Assembly (NCBI GenBank): GCA_022823775.1
Contig: JAJEHI010000010.1
Span: forward strand, 10,233 to 74,232
Reading direction: 5' to 3'
Origin: Defluviicoccus sp.
GTDB lineage: Bacteria > Pseudomonadota > Alphaproteobacteria > MPNO01
Length of the DNA: 64,000 nucleotides
Below, one piece after another: positions 55,874 through 64,000 of this stretch. The notes beneath the pieces were generated by a model. It did no database searches and was not told the origin of the DNA. It worked only from the letters and a program-made list of their open reading frames with translations. Within the stretch, counting starts at the first letter, position 1. Every line of letters begins with the position of its first letter. The position numbers and the translations under genes are program-made.

Positions 55874-57268
55874 ATGGCCACGACGCTCGCCATCGACGGC
55901 CTCGCCGACCGGCTCCGGGAAGTCCTCGGAGACCGGGTCTCCACCTCCGCCGTCGTGCGCGAGGGGCACGGGCGCGACGAATCGCACCACCGGCCCTTCC
56001 CGCCCGACATCGTGGCGTTCCCCGAATCGGTGGAGGAAGTGGTCGCCGTCGTCGGGCTCTGCCGCGAGCACGGCACGCCGATGATCCCGTTCGGCGTCGG
56101 CACCTCGCTCGAAGGCCATGTCGCCGCGCTCCAGGGCGGGGTGTCGATCGACATGTCGCGGATGAACCGGGTGATCGAGGTCAACGCCGCCGACCTCGAC
56201 GTCCGGGTCGAGCCCGGCGTCACCCGCAAGCAGCTCAACGCCCATCTCCGCGACACCGGGCTGTTCTTCCCGATAGACCCCGGGGCGGACGCCACCGTCG
56301 GCGGCATGACGGCCACGCGCGCGTCCGGGACCAACGCGGTGCGCTACGGCACGATGCGCGACAACGTGCTGGGGCTGACCGTCGTGCTGGCCGACGGGCG
56401 GACCGTCCGCACCGGCACGCGGGCGCGCAAGTCCTCGGCGGGCTACGACCTGACGCGGCTCTTCGTCGGATCGGAAGGGACGCTCGGCGTGATCGTCGAG
56501 GTGACCCTCCGGCTCTCCGGCATCCCGGAGGCGATCTCGGCCGCGGTCTGCGCCTTCCCGAGCGTCGGCGACGCGGTCGAGACCTGCATCGCGATCATCC
56601 AGGCGGGCGTGCCGGTCGCGCGGATCGAGCTCGCCGACGAGGTGCAGATGAAGGCGATCAACCTCTGGTCCAAGACCGACCTGCCGGCCCGCCCGGTGCT
56701 CTTCTTCGAGTTCCACGGCAGCGAGGCCTCGGTCGCCGAGCAGGCCGAGACCGCGCAGGCGATCGCCGCGGACAACGGCGGCACCGGGTTCGAGTGGGCG
56801 ACCCGCCAGGAGGACCGCAACGTCCTCTGGCAGGCGCGCCACGACGCGCATTACGCCAATATGGGTCTCCGACCGGGCCGCCGCGCCTGGCCCACCGACG
56901 TCTGCGTGCCGATCTCCCGGCTCGCCGAGTGCATCGCCGAGACGCGTGCGGACATCGCCGCGACGGACCTGCTCGCGCCCATCGTGGGCCATGTCGGGGA
57001 CGGCAATTTCCACATCGATTTCGTGATCGATCCCGACGACGACTCCGAACTCGCGGCGGCGACCCGGGTCAACGAGCGCCTGATCGAGCGCGCGCTCGCG
57101 ATGGGCGGCACCTGTACCGGCGAGCACGGCGTCGGCTACGGCAAGAAGAAGTACCTCGCCGCCGAGCACGGCGAGGGCGTCTCCGTCATGCGCGCGATCA
57201 AGCAGGCGCTCGACCCCGCCAACCTGATGAACCCCGGAAAGATCGTCGATCCCGAGACGGCGGGCTGA
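55874..57268 (+). CDS. FAD-linked 2-hydroxyacid oxidase/D-lactate dehydrogenase family protein
   Basis: GTSLEGH, DPGADA, GSEGTLG, GHVGDGNFH, GEHGVG, NPGK. Confidence 0.92.
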   Translation: MATTLAIDGLADRLREVLGDRVSTSAVVREGHGRDESHHRPFPPDIVAFPESVEEVVAVVGLCREHGTPMIPFGVGTSLEGHVAALQGGVSIDMSRMNRVIEVNAADLDVRVEPGVTRKQLNAHLRDTGLFFPIDPGADATVGGMTATRASGTNAVRYGTMRDNVLGLTVVLADGRTVRTGTRARKSSAGYDLTRLFVGSEGTLGVIVEVTLRLSGIPEAISAAVCAFPSVGDAVETCIAIIQAGVPVARIELADEVQMKAINLWSKTDLPARPVLFFEFHGSEASVAEQAETAQAIAADNGGTGFEWATRQEDRNVLWQARHDAHYANMGLRPGRRAWPTDVCVPISRLAECIAETRADIAATDLLAPIVGHVGDGNFHIDFVIDPDDDSELAAATRVNERLIERALAMGGTCTGEHGVGYGKKKYLAAEHGEGVSVMRAIKQALDPANLMNPGKIVDPETAG

Positions 57269-57355
57269 ACGGGGACGCTTGCCGGGGAGGAGGGCGCGTT
57301 TCTTCGCCGCCATGACCCCCGCCCGGGTAGCGGCGAAACCCTCTCCGCCCCCCGG

Positions 57356-57732
57356 TGTCACCCCGGCCTTGTGCCATTGCTGTCCGGTTTAACTTCGGGA
57401 CGACCTTCGTAACGACGGGGGGCGCGGGCCGCCGGTGCGGCTGTCCTCCGGCATCCCCCCTTTGTCGTCATGCCCGGACTTGTTCCGGGCATCCACGTGG
57501 GGCCACCGCCTCGTTCCCTCCCGGCGCGCACCGCGATGCGGTGAGACGTGGATGGCCGGAACAAGTCCGGCCATGACGGCGGGGAGGAGGGTGACAGCGA
57601 CGGGCGATGCCGGCGCGCCGAAATTCGTGTCCCGACTCGCGCGAACCGTCGAAAACCCGCTTGTACTCATGTCTCGCGCCCCGTCCGCCGGAATTGAACC
57701 GGACAGCAGTGGAACGAGTCCGGGCATGACGG
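57356..57732. mobile_element. Non-autonomous TIR-bounded element (MITE-like) between truncated REP arms, containing a REP doublet
   Basis: CCATTGCTGTCCGGTT (57374-57389) and AACCGGACAGCAGTGG (57697-57712) are 15/16 inverted repeats; no transposase ORF. Confidence 0.6.
57466..57578. repeat. CGTC-type REP doublet, family A, 113 bp
   Basis: Reverse complement aligns end to end with 1633-1745, including the spacer. Confidence 0.9.
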
Positions 57733-57787
57733 AGGAAATGTCGCGGGCCCCGGCTTCGGCCGCGGCTCGAGCCCGAACGGAAACGCC

Positions 57788-58048
57788 CTACGGCGTCCGC
57801 CTGACGGGTTCCAGCGCGAACCCGTCGGGACAGTAGGCGTCGCCGTTGGCGCGCCAGAGAATTTCGGTCGTCTTCGTCTTCTCGAACAGCGAGCCACTTA
57901 CCGCCGAGCAGGTGCACGCCATCGTCTGGCAGGCGAGCGCGAGGTTGGGAACCCTCTCGCGCTTGGCGCGCTCGGCGCTCCCGCATGCCGCGAGGGACAA
58001 GGAGAGCGCCGCCGCCAAGGAGACCGTGATCGCACGCTGCAACGCCAT
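57788..58048 (-). CDS. Small Cys-rich lipoprotein
   Basis: Lipobox LAAC, then CQTMACTC and YCP. Confidence 0.7.
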   Translation of the reverse strand: MALQRAITVSLAAALSLSLAACGSAERAKRERVPNLALACQTMACTCSAVSGSLFEKTKTTEILWRANGDAYCPDGFALEPVRRTP

Positions 58049-58108
58049 CGCGGTACTGGTCCTCCGTCCGAAGGGAGCGTGGAGAATTAGGGACGATCCG
58101 GCCGTGCG

Positions 58109-59104
58109 TCAACGCGGCCGCATACCGACCCCGTGCCCCTTGTTGACGAAGCGGAGATCGAACGCGGACAGGTGGTCCATCTCCGCCGGGTAGACGCCGG
58201 CGCGAACCATCGCCTCGAAGAACGCCGTAAGCCTTTCCATCGTCATGGCGCCGATGCCGAGCTTCGGCGCGTCGCCCGAATCGACGATGCCGTGCTCCTT
58301 CATCTTGGCGATCCCGTAGGCGATCAGCGCGTCGGGCATCTCGGGGTTCGTCTTCTTGATGAGGCGGTTGCCGGGCCCGGGATCGCCGTAAAGATAGCTG
58401 TACCAGCCCTCGATCGACGCGTTCAGGAAGCGTTGCACGACCGAGGGCTTGCTCGCCGCAAGCTCTTTGGAAACGGTCACCAGGGTGGAATAGGCCGGCC
58501 AGCCGGTGTCGGCGATCAGGAACACCTTCGCTTTGACGCCTTCCCGCAGCGCCATGAAGGGCTCGGACGTGACGTAGCCTTGCTGGATCGCGTCCTCGTT
58601 CACCAGGAAAGGCGCGAGATTGAAGGTGTAGCGGCGGATCTGGCTCTCCTCGAACCCGAAACGAAGCTCGAAGAAGCGCCACCAGGTATCGCGGGCATCG
58701 GCCGAGATCATGATCGGCCGGCCCTTCATCTGCGGGATGGAGCGGACGGACGACGTGGGATGGGCGAGAAGGACCTGCGGGTCCTTCTGGAAGAACGCCG
58801 CGACCGTGACCATCGGGATGTCGTTCTTGAGAAAGTTCAGCCCTTCGGCGTTGTTGCTGATCATCGCCGCGTCGAGCACGCCCGCCGCCAGCAGCTGGTT
58901 GTGGTTCACCTGCGGCCCGCCCTGGCGGATCGTCACGTCGAGCCCGTATTTCGCGTAGCGGCCCTCGGCCAGAGCCTGGTAGAAGCCGCCGTGCTCGGCC
59001 TCCGCCTTCCAGTTGGTGCCGAAGACGAACTTCTCCGCCGCCTGGATCGGGACCGCCAGGGCAAGCGAGAGAAAGGCGCCCAGGAAGGCGGTCGGCGCGC
59101 GCAT
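58109..59104 (-). CDS. NMT1/THI5-like ABC substrate-binding protein
   Basis: Signal peptide, TNWKAEAEHGGFYQA, GGPQVN, FQKDPQ, QGYVTSEP. Confidence 0.88.
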   Translation of the reverse strand: MRAPTAFLGAFLSLALAVPIQAAEKFVFGTNWKAEAEHGGFYQALAEGRYAKYGLDVTIRQGGPQVNHNQLLAAGVLDAAMISNNAEGLNFLKNDIPMVTVAAFFQKDPQVLLAHPTSSVRSIPQMKGRPIMISADARDTWWRFFELRFGFEESQIRRYTFNLAPFLVNEDAIQQGYVTSEPFMALREGVKAKVFLIADTGWPAYSTLVTVSKELAASKPSVVQRFLNASIEGWYSYLYGDPGPGNRLIKKTNPEMPDALIAYGIAKMKEHGIVDSGDAPKLGIGAMTMERLTAFFEAMVRAGVYPAEMDHLSAFDLRFVNKGHGVGMRPR

Positions 59105-59114
59105 CGGCAGCCTC

Positions 59115-60293
59115 TTACAGGCGGGGATCGACCGAGGGCAGGCCGAACCTGATCCGCCCGGCATTGGTCGCCTGCATGTCCCAGGCCTGGGTGATCTGTT
59201 GCCCCACGGCATGCACGTCCCGCCAGGCGCGCATGAAGGGGTTCGCCGCGTCGAGACCGCGCGCCCCGAGCAGCGGGTAGAGACGTTCCACCGCGCGGAT
59301 CGAGAGCTGCGTGGCGTAGGCGTTGTTCAGCCGCCAGCGGGCGCGTTGCTCCAGTTCGGGGTGTATGTCGCGTTCGGCGAAATCGGTCGCCTCGACGCTC
59401 ACCTGGAGCAACAGCGCCATCGCCGCGTCGATCTCGGCGTTGGCTTCGGCGACGCGGGCCTGCGCGGTCGGCAACTCGGAAAGCTTGACCCCGACCACGC
59501 CCACCCTGTCCCGGAACTCGTTCTCCACGTAATCGAGCGCGCCGCGCGCGATCCCCACCGCGGGGGCGGAAAAGATCTGGGTGCCCGCCGACCAGATCGA
59601 GATCTGGTAGAGCGGCGCCGAGTTGAGCTCCCGGCTAAGCCCCTTGCCGCCGGAAAGAACGCCCGCCGCCACGGTTCGGTAATCGGGCACGAATACCTCT
59701 TTGAGCCGCACCGACTTGCTCCCGGTCGCGAGCAGCCCGGTCGCGTTCCAGTCGTCGACGATTTCGAACGAGCCCTTCGGCACCAGCGCGAATCGGGGCT
59801 CGGGCGGTCCGTCCTCCCGCGGCACGAAGACCTGGAGATGGAGCCAGTCGGCGAAATCGACGCCGCTCGAAAAACTCCAGAGCCCGTCGAGCAGGATTCC
59901 GTCCTCGACCGGCTCGGTCTTCGCCCCGGTGACCGAAAGCCCCGAGGCGATGAGCGCCTCGGGACTTTCGCCCCACACGTCGTCCTGCGCCTCGACGCAG
60001 TTCATCGAAAGCACCAGGCTCTGGGCGACCAGGTTGGTGAAGATCCAGGCGCTCGACCCGCAACCGCGGCCGAGCTCTCCGGCGATGTCGATCAGCGCCC
60101 GGTTCTCGCATTCGAGCCCGCCATAGCGCCTCGGCTGGTAGATCCGGTAGAAGCCGGCCTCCAGGAAATCCCGGTGCGTCGAATCGGGGATGCGGCGCAG
60201 GGCGTCGGCCTCTTTCTGGCGGTCCACCAGCACGGGCACCATCGCGGCCGCCCTCTCGGTCAGCGACTCGTGCTGGCTTCCATCCGGTGCCAT
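59115..60293 (-). CDS. Acyl-CoA-dehydrogenase-fold flavin monooxygenase oxygenase component (HsaA/HpaH-C2-like)
   Basis: GAGGAGG RBS; QPRRYGG, CGSSAW, WSFSSG, DDWNATGLLATGS, RAWRD. Confidence 0.85.
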   Translation of the reverse strand: MAPDGSQHESLTERAAAMVPVLVDRQKEADALRRIPDSTHRDFLEAGFYRIYQPRRYGGLECENRALIDIAGELGRGCGSSAWIFTNLVAQSLVLSMNCVEAQDDVWGESPEALIASGLSVTGAKTEPVEDGILLDGLWSFSSGVDFADWLHLQVFVPREDGPPEPRFALVPKGSFEIVDDWNATGLLATGSKSVRLKEVFVPDYRTVAAGVLSGGKGLSRELNSAPLYQISIWSAGTQIFSAPAVGIARGALDYVENEFRDRVGVVGVKLSELPTAQARVAEANAEIDAAMALLLQVSVEATDFAERDIHPELEQRARWRLNNAYATQLSIRAVERLYPLLGARGLDAANPFMRAWRDVHAVGQQITQAWDMQATNAGRIRFGLPSVDPRL

Positions 60294-60397
60294 GGGATCC
60301 TCCTCGGCTCTAGCAATGGCGCTCATACAGATAACTTGACGGGCCATCGGCCGGCGCGGATCGGCGGCGGAAATACCGCCCCGCCTGCCCCCCATGC

Positions 60398-60509
60398 CGT
60401 CATGCCCGGACTTGTTCCGGGCATCCACGTCGCTCCGCCGCCTCGCCGGTCCCTGCTTATCCCGTCGGGCCGCAAGACGTGGATGCCCGGAACAAGTCCG
60501 GGCATGACG
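60398..60509. repeat. CGTC-type REP doublet, family A, 112 bp
   Basis: CGTCATGCCCGGACTTGTTCCGGGCATCCACGTC...GACGTGGATGCCCGGAACAAGTCCGGGCATGACG. Confidence 0.9.
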
Positions 60510-60558
60510 GAAGAAGTGTCGCGGACCTCCCGCTTGTCAAGTTATCCATGCAAGCCCC

Positions 60559-62193
60559 CTAGCAATCCTGCTCCACGTCGCGCACCGACGTCTCGGGCAC
60601 CAGCCCGGGCCGCTGCCGCTGCCGGGTGCGCCTTCCGTTCTCGAGGTAGCGGCCCTCCGCGGCACGCCGCGCCGCCTCTTCCCAGTCGTCCGACCAGTCG
60701 CCCAGCGAATAGCCGTGCCACGGCGACTCGGGCTTCAGCCTGGGAAGGCCAAGCCGTTCCCAGAGCGCCCTCGCGCCGTCCATGTATTCGCGGGTCGGGA
60801 GCGCCAGGGGCGGCATCGGCGACTTCATCGTCGCATCGATCAGGAGGGTCGAGTCCTCCTCTCCCTTGTGCTCCCGCTTCGGCCCGTGTCCCTGGCCGCG
60901 ATGCGGCAGGAGAACGACATCGTCGACCGGGTTGTGGCGATAGGCCATCGCCCAGAGGATCGCGTCGGCATTGTCGCCGTCGATGTCGTCGTTGACCGCG
61001 ATGCAGATCTTGCTGCAATCGCCCTTGAAGCTCGCCGCGCCGTAGAGGGCGCGCCACACCTCGGTCCGCGGCGTGCCGCGCTCCAGCGTGACGATCGTCA
61101 CCCGCAGCAGCCCAGTGAGTTTCTCGTGCAGCGAGACCGAGGAGACCGCCTTGATGCCCAGCGTGTCGCGGAGATGGCCGAGAAACAGCGGCTCGTAGGA
61201 GACGCGCTTCATCACGCTCGATTCGGACGGCGCGACCTGGCTGATATAGGAGGGGATGACGGGGTTCGCCTTGCGGGTGATCGCGGTAACCCGCATCGGC
61301 ATGTTGAACTCCTCGAGCGCGACATGGCCATGGCTTTCGCCGAACGGCCCCTCGGGCTCCAGCGTGTCGGTGTCGATCATGCCTTCGATCACCAGCTCGG
61401 CCTCCGCCGGTACCAGGAGGTCCACCGTCTTGCCGCGCACCACGTTGATGGGCTCGCCCGCGAGGCCTCCGGCAACGCCGAACTCGTCCATGTCGATCTG
61501 AAGCTTCTGCGGTCCCATGAAGGCGACCAGCGGAGGGCAGCCCAGCACGATCGCGCAGGGCAGCTCCTCGCCCTTCGCCTTGTGCTTCTTCCAGTGGACG
61601 TAGCCGCCCGCGCCGCCCACCCGGGTCGCCATGCGGACCACCAGCCGATCCGGCGCCTTCAGCGCGGCTCGGTAAGTCCCCATGTTCTGAACGCCGGTTT
61701 CGGGATCGCGGGTGATCACGTTGGTCGCGGCCAGCGTCGGCGCGCTGTCGAAGCCGGGGGTCGAAATCGGGATCGGCAACGCATCGAGGCCGTTTCCCTC
61801 GCCGAGGAGCGCGTCGCCCTCGATCACCACCTCCTGGCAGGGCGCGGTATTGACCCGGCGCGGCGGTACCGGGTTGGCGATCGCCCTGTCCCATTTGGCC
61901 GGGATTTCCGCCACCTCGGCCCGCATGCCCGCGCTGTAGACCGCGCGGTTGGCGGCGAGCGCGCCGATCACCACCGGGATGTCGTAGCGCCGGTCGAGGC
62001 TGTCGGTGACGTTGCGGAACAGGAAAGCGCGGCGCTCGTCCTCGTCCAGCCCGCCGCGAAACTGCCAGCGGACCAGCGGCACCATCTCGGTGTCCTTGTT
62101 GACCGGCTCGTCGACGGTCAGCAGCAGCCCGGCTCCGTCGAGCGCTTCCAGATGTTCCTGCAAATCGGCATAGCCGCGACTCGCGCCCGCCAT
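60559..62193 (-). CDS. UbiD-family prFMN-dependent (de)carboxylase
   Basis: FLFRNV, NMGTYR, VPAEAELVIEG, EGPFGE, VNDDID, IDAT. Confidence 0.92.
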   Translation of the reverse strand: MAGASRGYADLQEHLEALDGAGLLLTVDEPVNKDTEMVPLVRWQFRGGLDEDERRAFLFRNVTDSLDRRYDIPVVIGALAANRAVYSAGMRAEVAEIPAKWDRAIANPVPPRRVNTAPCQEVVIEGDALLGEGNGLDALPIPISTPGFDSAPTLAATNVITRDPETGVQNMGTYRAALKAPDRLVVRMATRVGGAGGYVHWKKHKAKGEELPCAIVLGCPPLVAFMGPQKLQIDMDEFGVAGGLAGEPINVVRGKTVDLLVPAEAELVIEGMIDTDTLEPEGPFGESHGHVALEEFNMPMRVTAITRKANPVIPSYISQVAPSESSVMKRVSYEPLFLGHLRDTLGIKAVSSVSLHEKLTGLLRVTIVTLERGTPRTEVWRALYGAASFKGDCSKICIAVNDDIDGDNADAILWAMAYRHNPVDDVVLLPHRGQGHGPKREHKGEEDSTLLIDATMKSPMPPLALPTREYMDGARALWERLGLPRLKPESPWHGYSLGDWSDDWEEAARRAAEGRYLENGRRTRQRQRPGLVPETSVRDVEQDC

Positions 62194-62267
62194 ACGCACC
62201 TCTCCCGTCACCGCGGCGGACCGCGCCGCGCCGCCATGATGCCACTCCACGCGCCGAGGGCCAATGC

Positions 62268-62705
62268 TCAGCCGCCGGCGTCGACCAGAACGGCGGCGAA
62301 ACGGCAGGGGCCGTCGCCGGTGTTGCGCCACGCGTGGTTGGTGCCGCGCTGGACGAGACAATCGCCCGGGCGCAGCGGAATCTCGGTGCCTTCCAGGACG
62401 AGGTTCATCTCGCCCTCGATCATGACCACGTAGTCGATGGTCGCGGTCCGGTGCATCTCCAGCTCCTGGTCGGGCTGGAGCTCGAGGACGCGAAAGATGG
62501 TCCCGCCGCCGGGCGGCGGGCGGCCGACCCGCAGCGCGCCCGCATCCTCGTTTCCCGAATTGGGCGGGGTTTCGCCGTCGGTGGTCCAGATCAGCCGCGA
62601 ATCGTGGCCGTGGCGCCTCGATGTCGCATTGGACGCGATGTCGTCGATGATCGCGACCGACCGGCCGGTTTCGTCGTGGCCCGTGACCACCCGCCTTACC
62701 TGCAT
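62268..62705 (-). CDS. Cupin_2 domain protein
   Basis: VRRVVTGHD..G, MHRTATIDY, GDCLVQRGTNHAWRN. Confidence 0.88.
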   Translation of the reverse strand: MQVRRVVTGHDETGRSVAIIDDIASNATSRRHGHDSRLIWTTDGETPPNSGNEDAGALRVGRPPPGGGTIFRVLELQPDQELEMHRTATIDYVVMIEGEMNLVLEGTEIPLRPGDCLVQRGTNHAWRNTGDGPCRFAAVLVDAGG

Positions 62706-62780
62706 CGCTCTTCTCCGATCCCTCGTCGCCTGGCTATACTGGCGGCACGAATTATTCCCCATGACTACGGAGACCCGGCC

Positions 62781-63284
62781 ATGGCCTACTCGCTCGACCA
62801 GCTTGCCGCAGACTGCCACGCGGCGATCGATTCCGACAACGGCCCCGACGGGCGCGAGACGGTGCGGCGGCATCTGGAGAGCGCGCTCAAGGACAAGGAC
62901 TTCGTCGCGGCCCATCTGGGGCCCGACAACGATTCGCCGCGCAAGGTGCTCTACGAAGATCCCGACTACGGGTTCTGCATCCTTGCCCACGTCTATCGCG
63001 GCGCGAAGGGCAGCAACCCGCACGACCACGGCCCGTCCTGGGCGATTTACGGGCAGGCCGAAGGCGTGACCGAAATGACCGAGTGGCGCAAGATCAAGGC
63101 GCCCGACGGCGACGAGCCCGGCGTGGTCGAGGCCGTCCGGGTCTACGATCTCGAGCCCGGCATGGCCGCCTGCTACAACGAGGGCGATCTCCATTCGCCG
63201 CGGCGCGAGGACACCACACGCCTGATCCGCATCGAGGGGATCAACCTCGAAGGGGTCAAGCGCGACCGCTACGTCGCCGCCTGA
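62781..63284 (+). CDS. Cysteine-dioxygenase-like cupin protein
   Basis: GGAG RBS; PHDHGPSWAIYG and GDLHSP (3-His pattern). Confidence 0.75.
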   Translation: MAYSLDQLAADCHAAIDSDNGPDGRETVRRHLESALKDKDFVAAHLGPDNDSPRKVLYEDPDYGFCILAHVYRGAKGSNPHDHGPSWAIYGQAEGVTEMTEWRKIKAPDGDEPGVVEAVRVYDLEPGMAACYNEGDLHSPRREDTTRLIRIEGINLEGVKRDRYVAA

Positions 63285-63620
63285 CGGGCGTTCCTCGATA
63301 CGCCCCCCGCGGGGGCTGCGCGGGATGAGGAGGGGCGTCGGGGCCGGACCCGTTCCATTGCCGTCCGGTCGAGACTTCGCGGCGGTCGCCCCGATCATGG
63401 CGGGGGTGGTGTGAACCATAGTTGACGGTCCGGCGATCCGACGCCGCCCGCGGGGCGCTCGCCCCGGTTTGCCGAACCGATCCCGCAGCAATCCCCGCCA
63501 AGGCGCTGGCGCGGCGGGGAAACTCGCCGTCGCGGCCGCCCCGCCCGGCGCCCGGACGGAATGCACGGGAGAGCGGTTGCGTCCCCGGGGGACGCGAAAA
63601 ATAGTCGCATATCGAGACAA

Positions 63621-63636
63621 TGTTTCACGTGAAACA
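63621..63636. promoter_or_regulatory. parS site (ParB-binding palindrome)
   Basis: TGTTTCACGTGAAACA, perfect consensus. Confidence 0.92.
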
Positions 63637-63657
63637 TAGGTCAACACCGCTGACCTT

Positions 63658-63673
63658 TGTTTCACGTGAAACA
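63658..63673. promoter_or_regulatory. parS site (ParB-binding palindrome)
   Basis: TGTTTCACGTGAAACA, perfect consensus, 37 bp after the first. Confidence 0.92.
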
Positions 63674-63861
63674 TTGGGCGCGGGTTCGGTATCGACCGGA
63701 AGCCCCCGACCGTCGCGAAGATCGAGGCTGTCACCCCGGCCTTGTGCCGTCCAGAGCGACCGGGCCGGCGGCAGAGATGGATGTCCGCCCCGGCGGGGCG
63801 GCGGCGGTCCGGTTGCCGGTCCGTACCGGACCGACGCCCGTCAAGTCATCGGTATAAGCGG

Positions 63862-64000
63862 CTATTTCCGCTCCATGCGGAGCACGTAGGACGCCGCCGC
63901 GAAGATGATGGCCGCGCCGACCCAGGTCCAGAGATCGGAGCCCTCGCCGAAGGCGATCCAGCCGAGCGCGGCGGCGAAGGGCAGGCGGACGAAATCCAGG
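63862..64000 (-). CDS. DMT/EamA-family transporter, 3' end only
   Basis: Manual translation LDFVRLPFAAALGWIAFGEGSDLWTWVGAAIIFAASYVLRMERK*. Confidence 0.8.
   Translation of the reverse strand, partial: LDFVRLPFAAALGWIAFGEGSDLWTWVGAAIIFAAASYVLRMERK

Noticed and set aside
63395-63889. ORFs starting MFHVKH
   Set aside because: Translation of the parS palindrome

Overview
High-GC alphaproteobacterial (Rhodospirillales-like) chromosomal segment, mostly core genes. Left arm: mlaC/mlaA, metF-metH-thioesterase, pentapeptide-repeat protein, ClC-CBS, a degenerate HtrA-like protein, uvrD-prmA-aminopeptidase P. Centre: a complete minus-strand dcw cluster (mraZ to ftsZ) followed by lpxC, bamD, recN and ligA. 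Right arm, more accessory: a Tat-signal xanthine-oxidase-family molybdoenzyme operon with an apparently split cytochrome b, rnpB, an amidase, a C-terminal-only GcrA-like mini protein, a CUT1 ABC transporter, a DUF5678-like/retropepsin pair, djlA, a RelE-like TA candidate, a DUF1445/FAD-oxidase pair and a UbiD/flavin monooxygenase/cupin cluster. Non-coding signals: MraZ-type boxes, an exact alphaproteobacterial LexA box, twin perfect parS sites, two REP-like families and a TIR-bounded element joined to REP arms at a fixed position. All family calls come from motif recognition by eye, no searches were run. Most long ORFs in the supplied track are GC-rich shadow frames.
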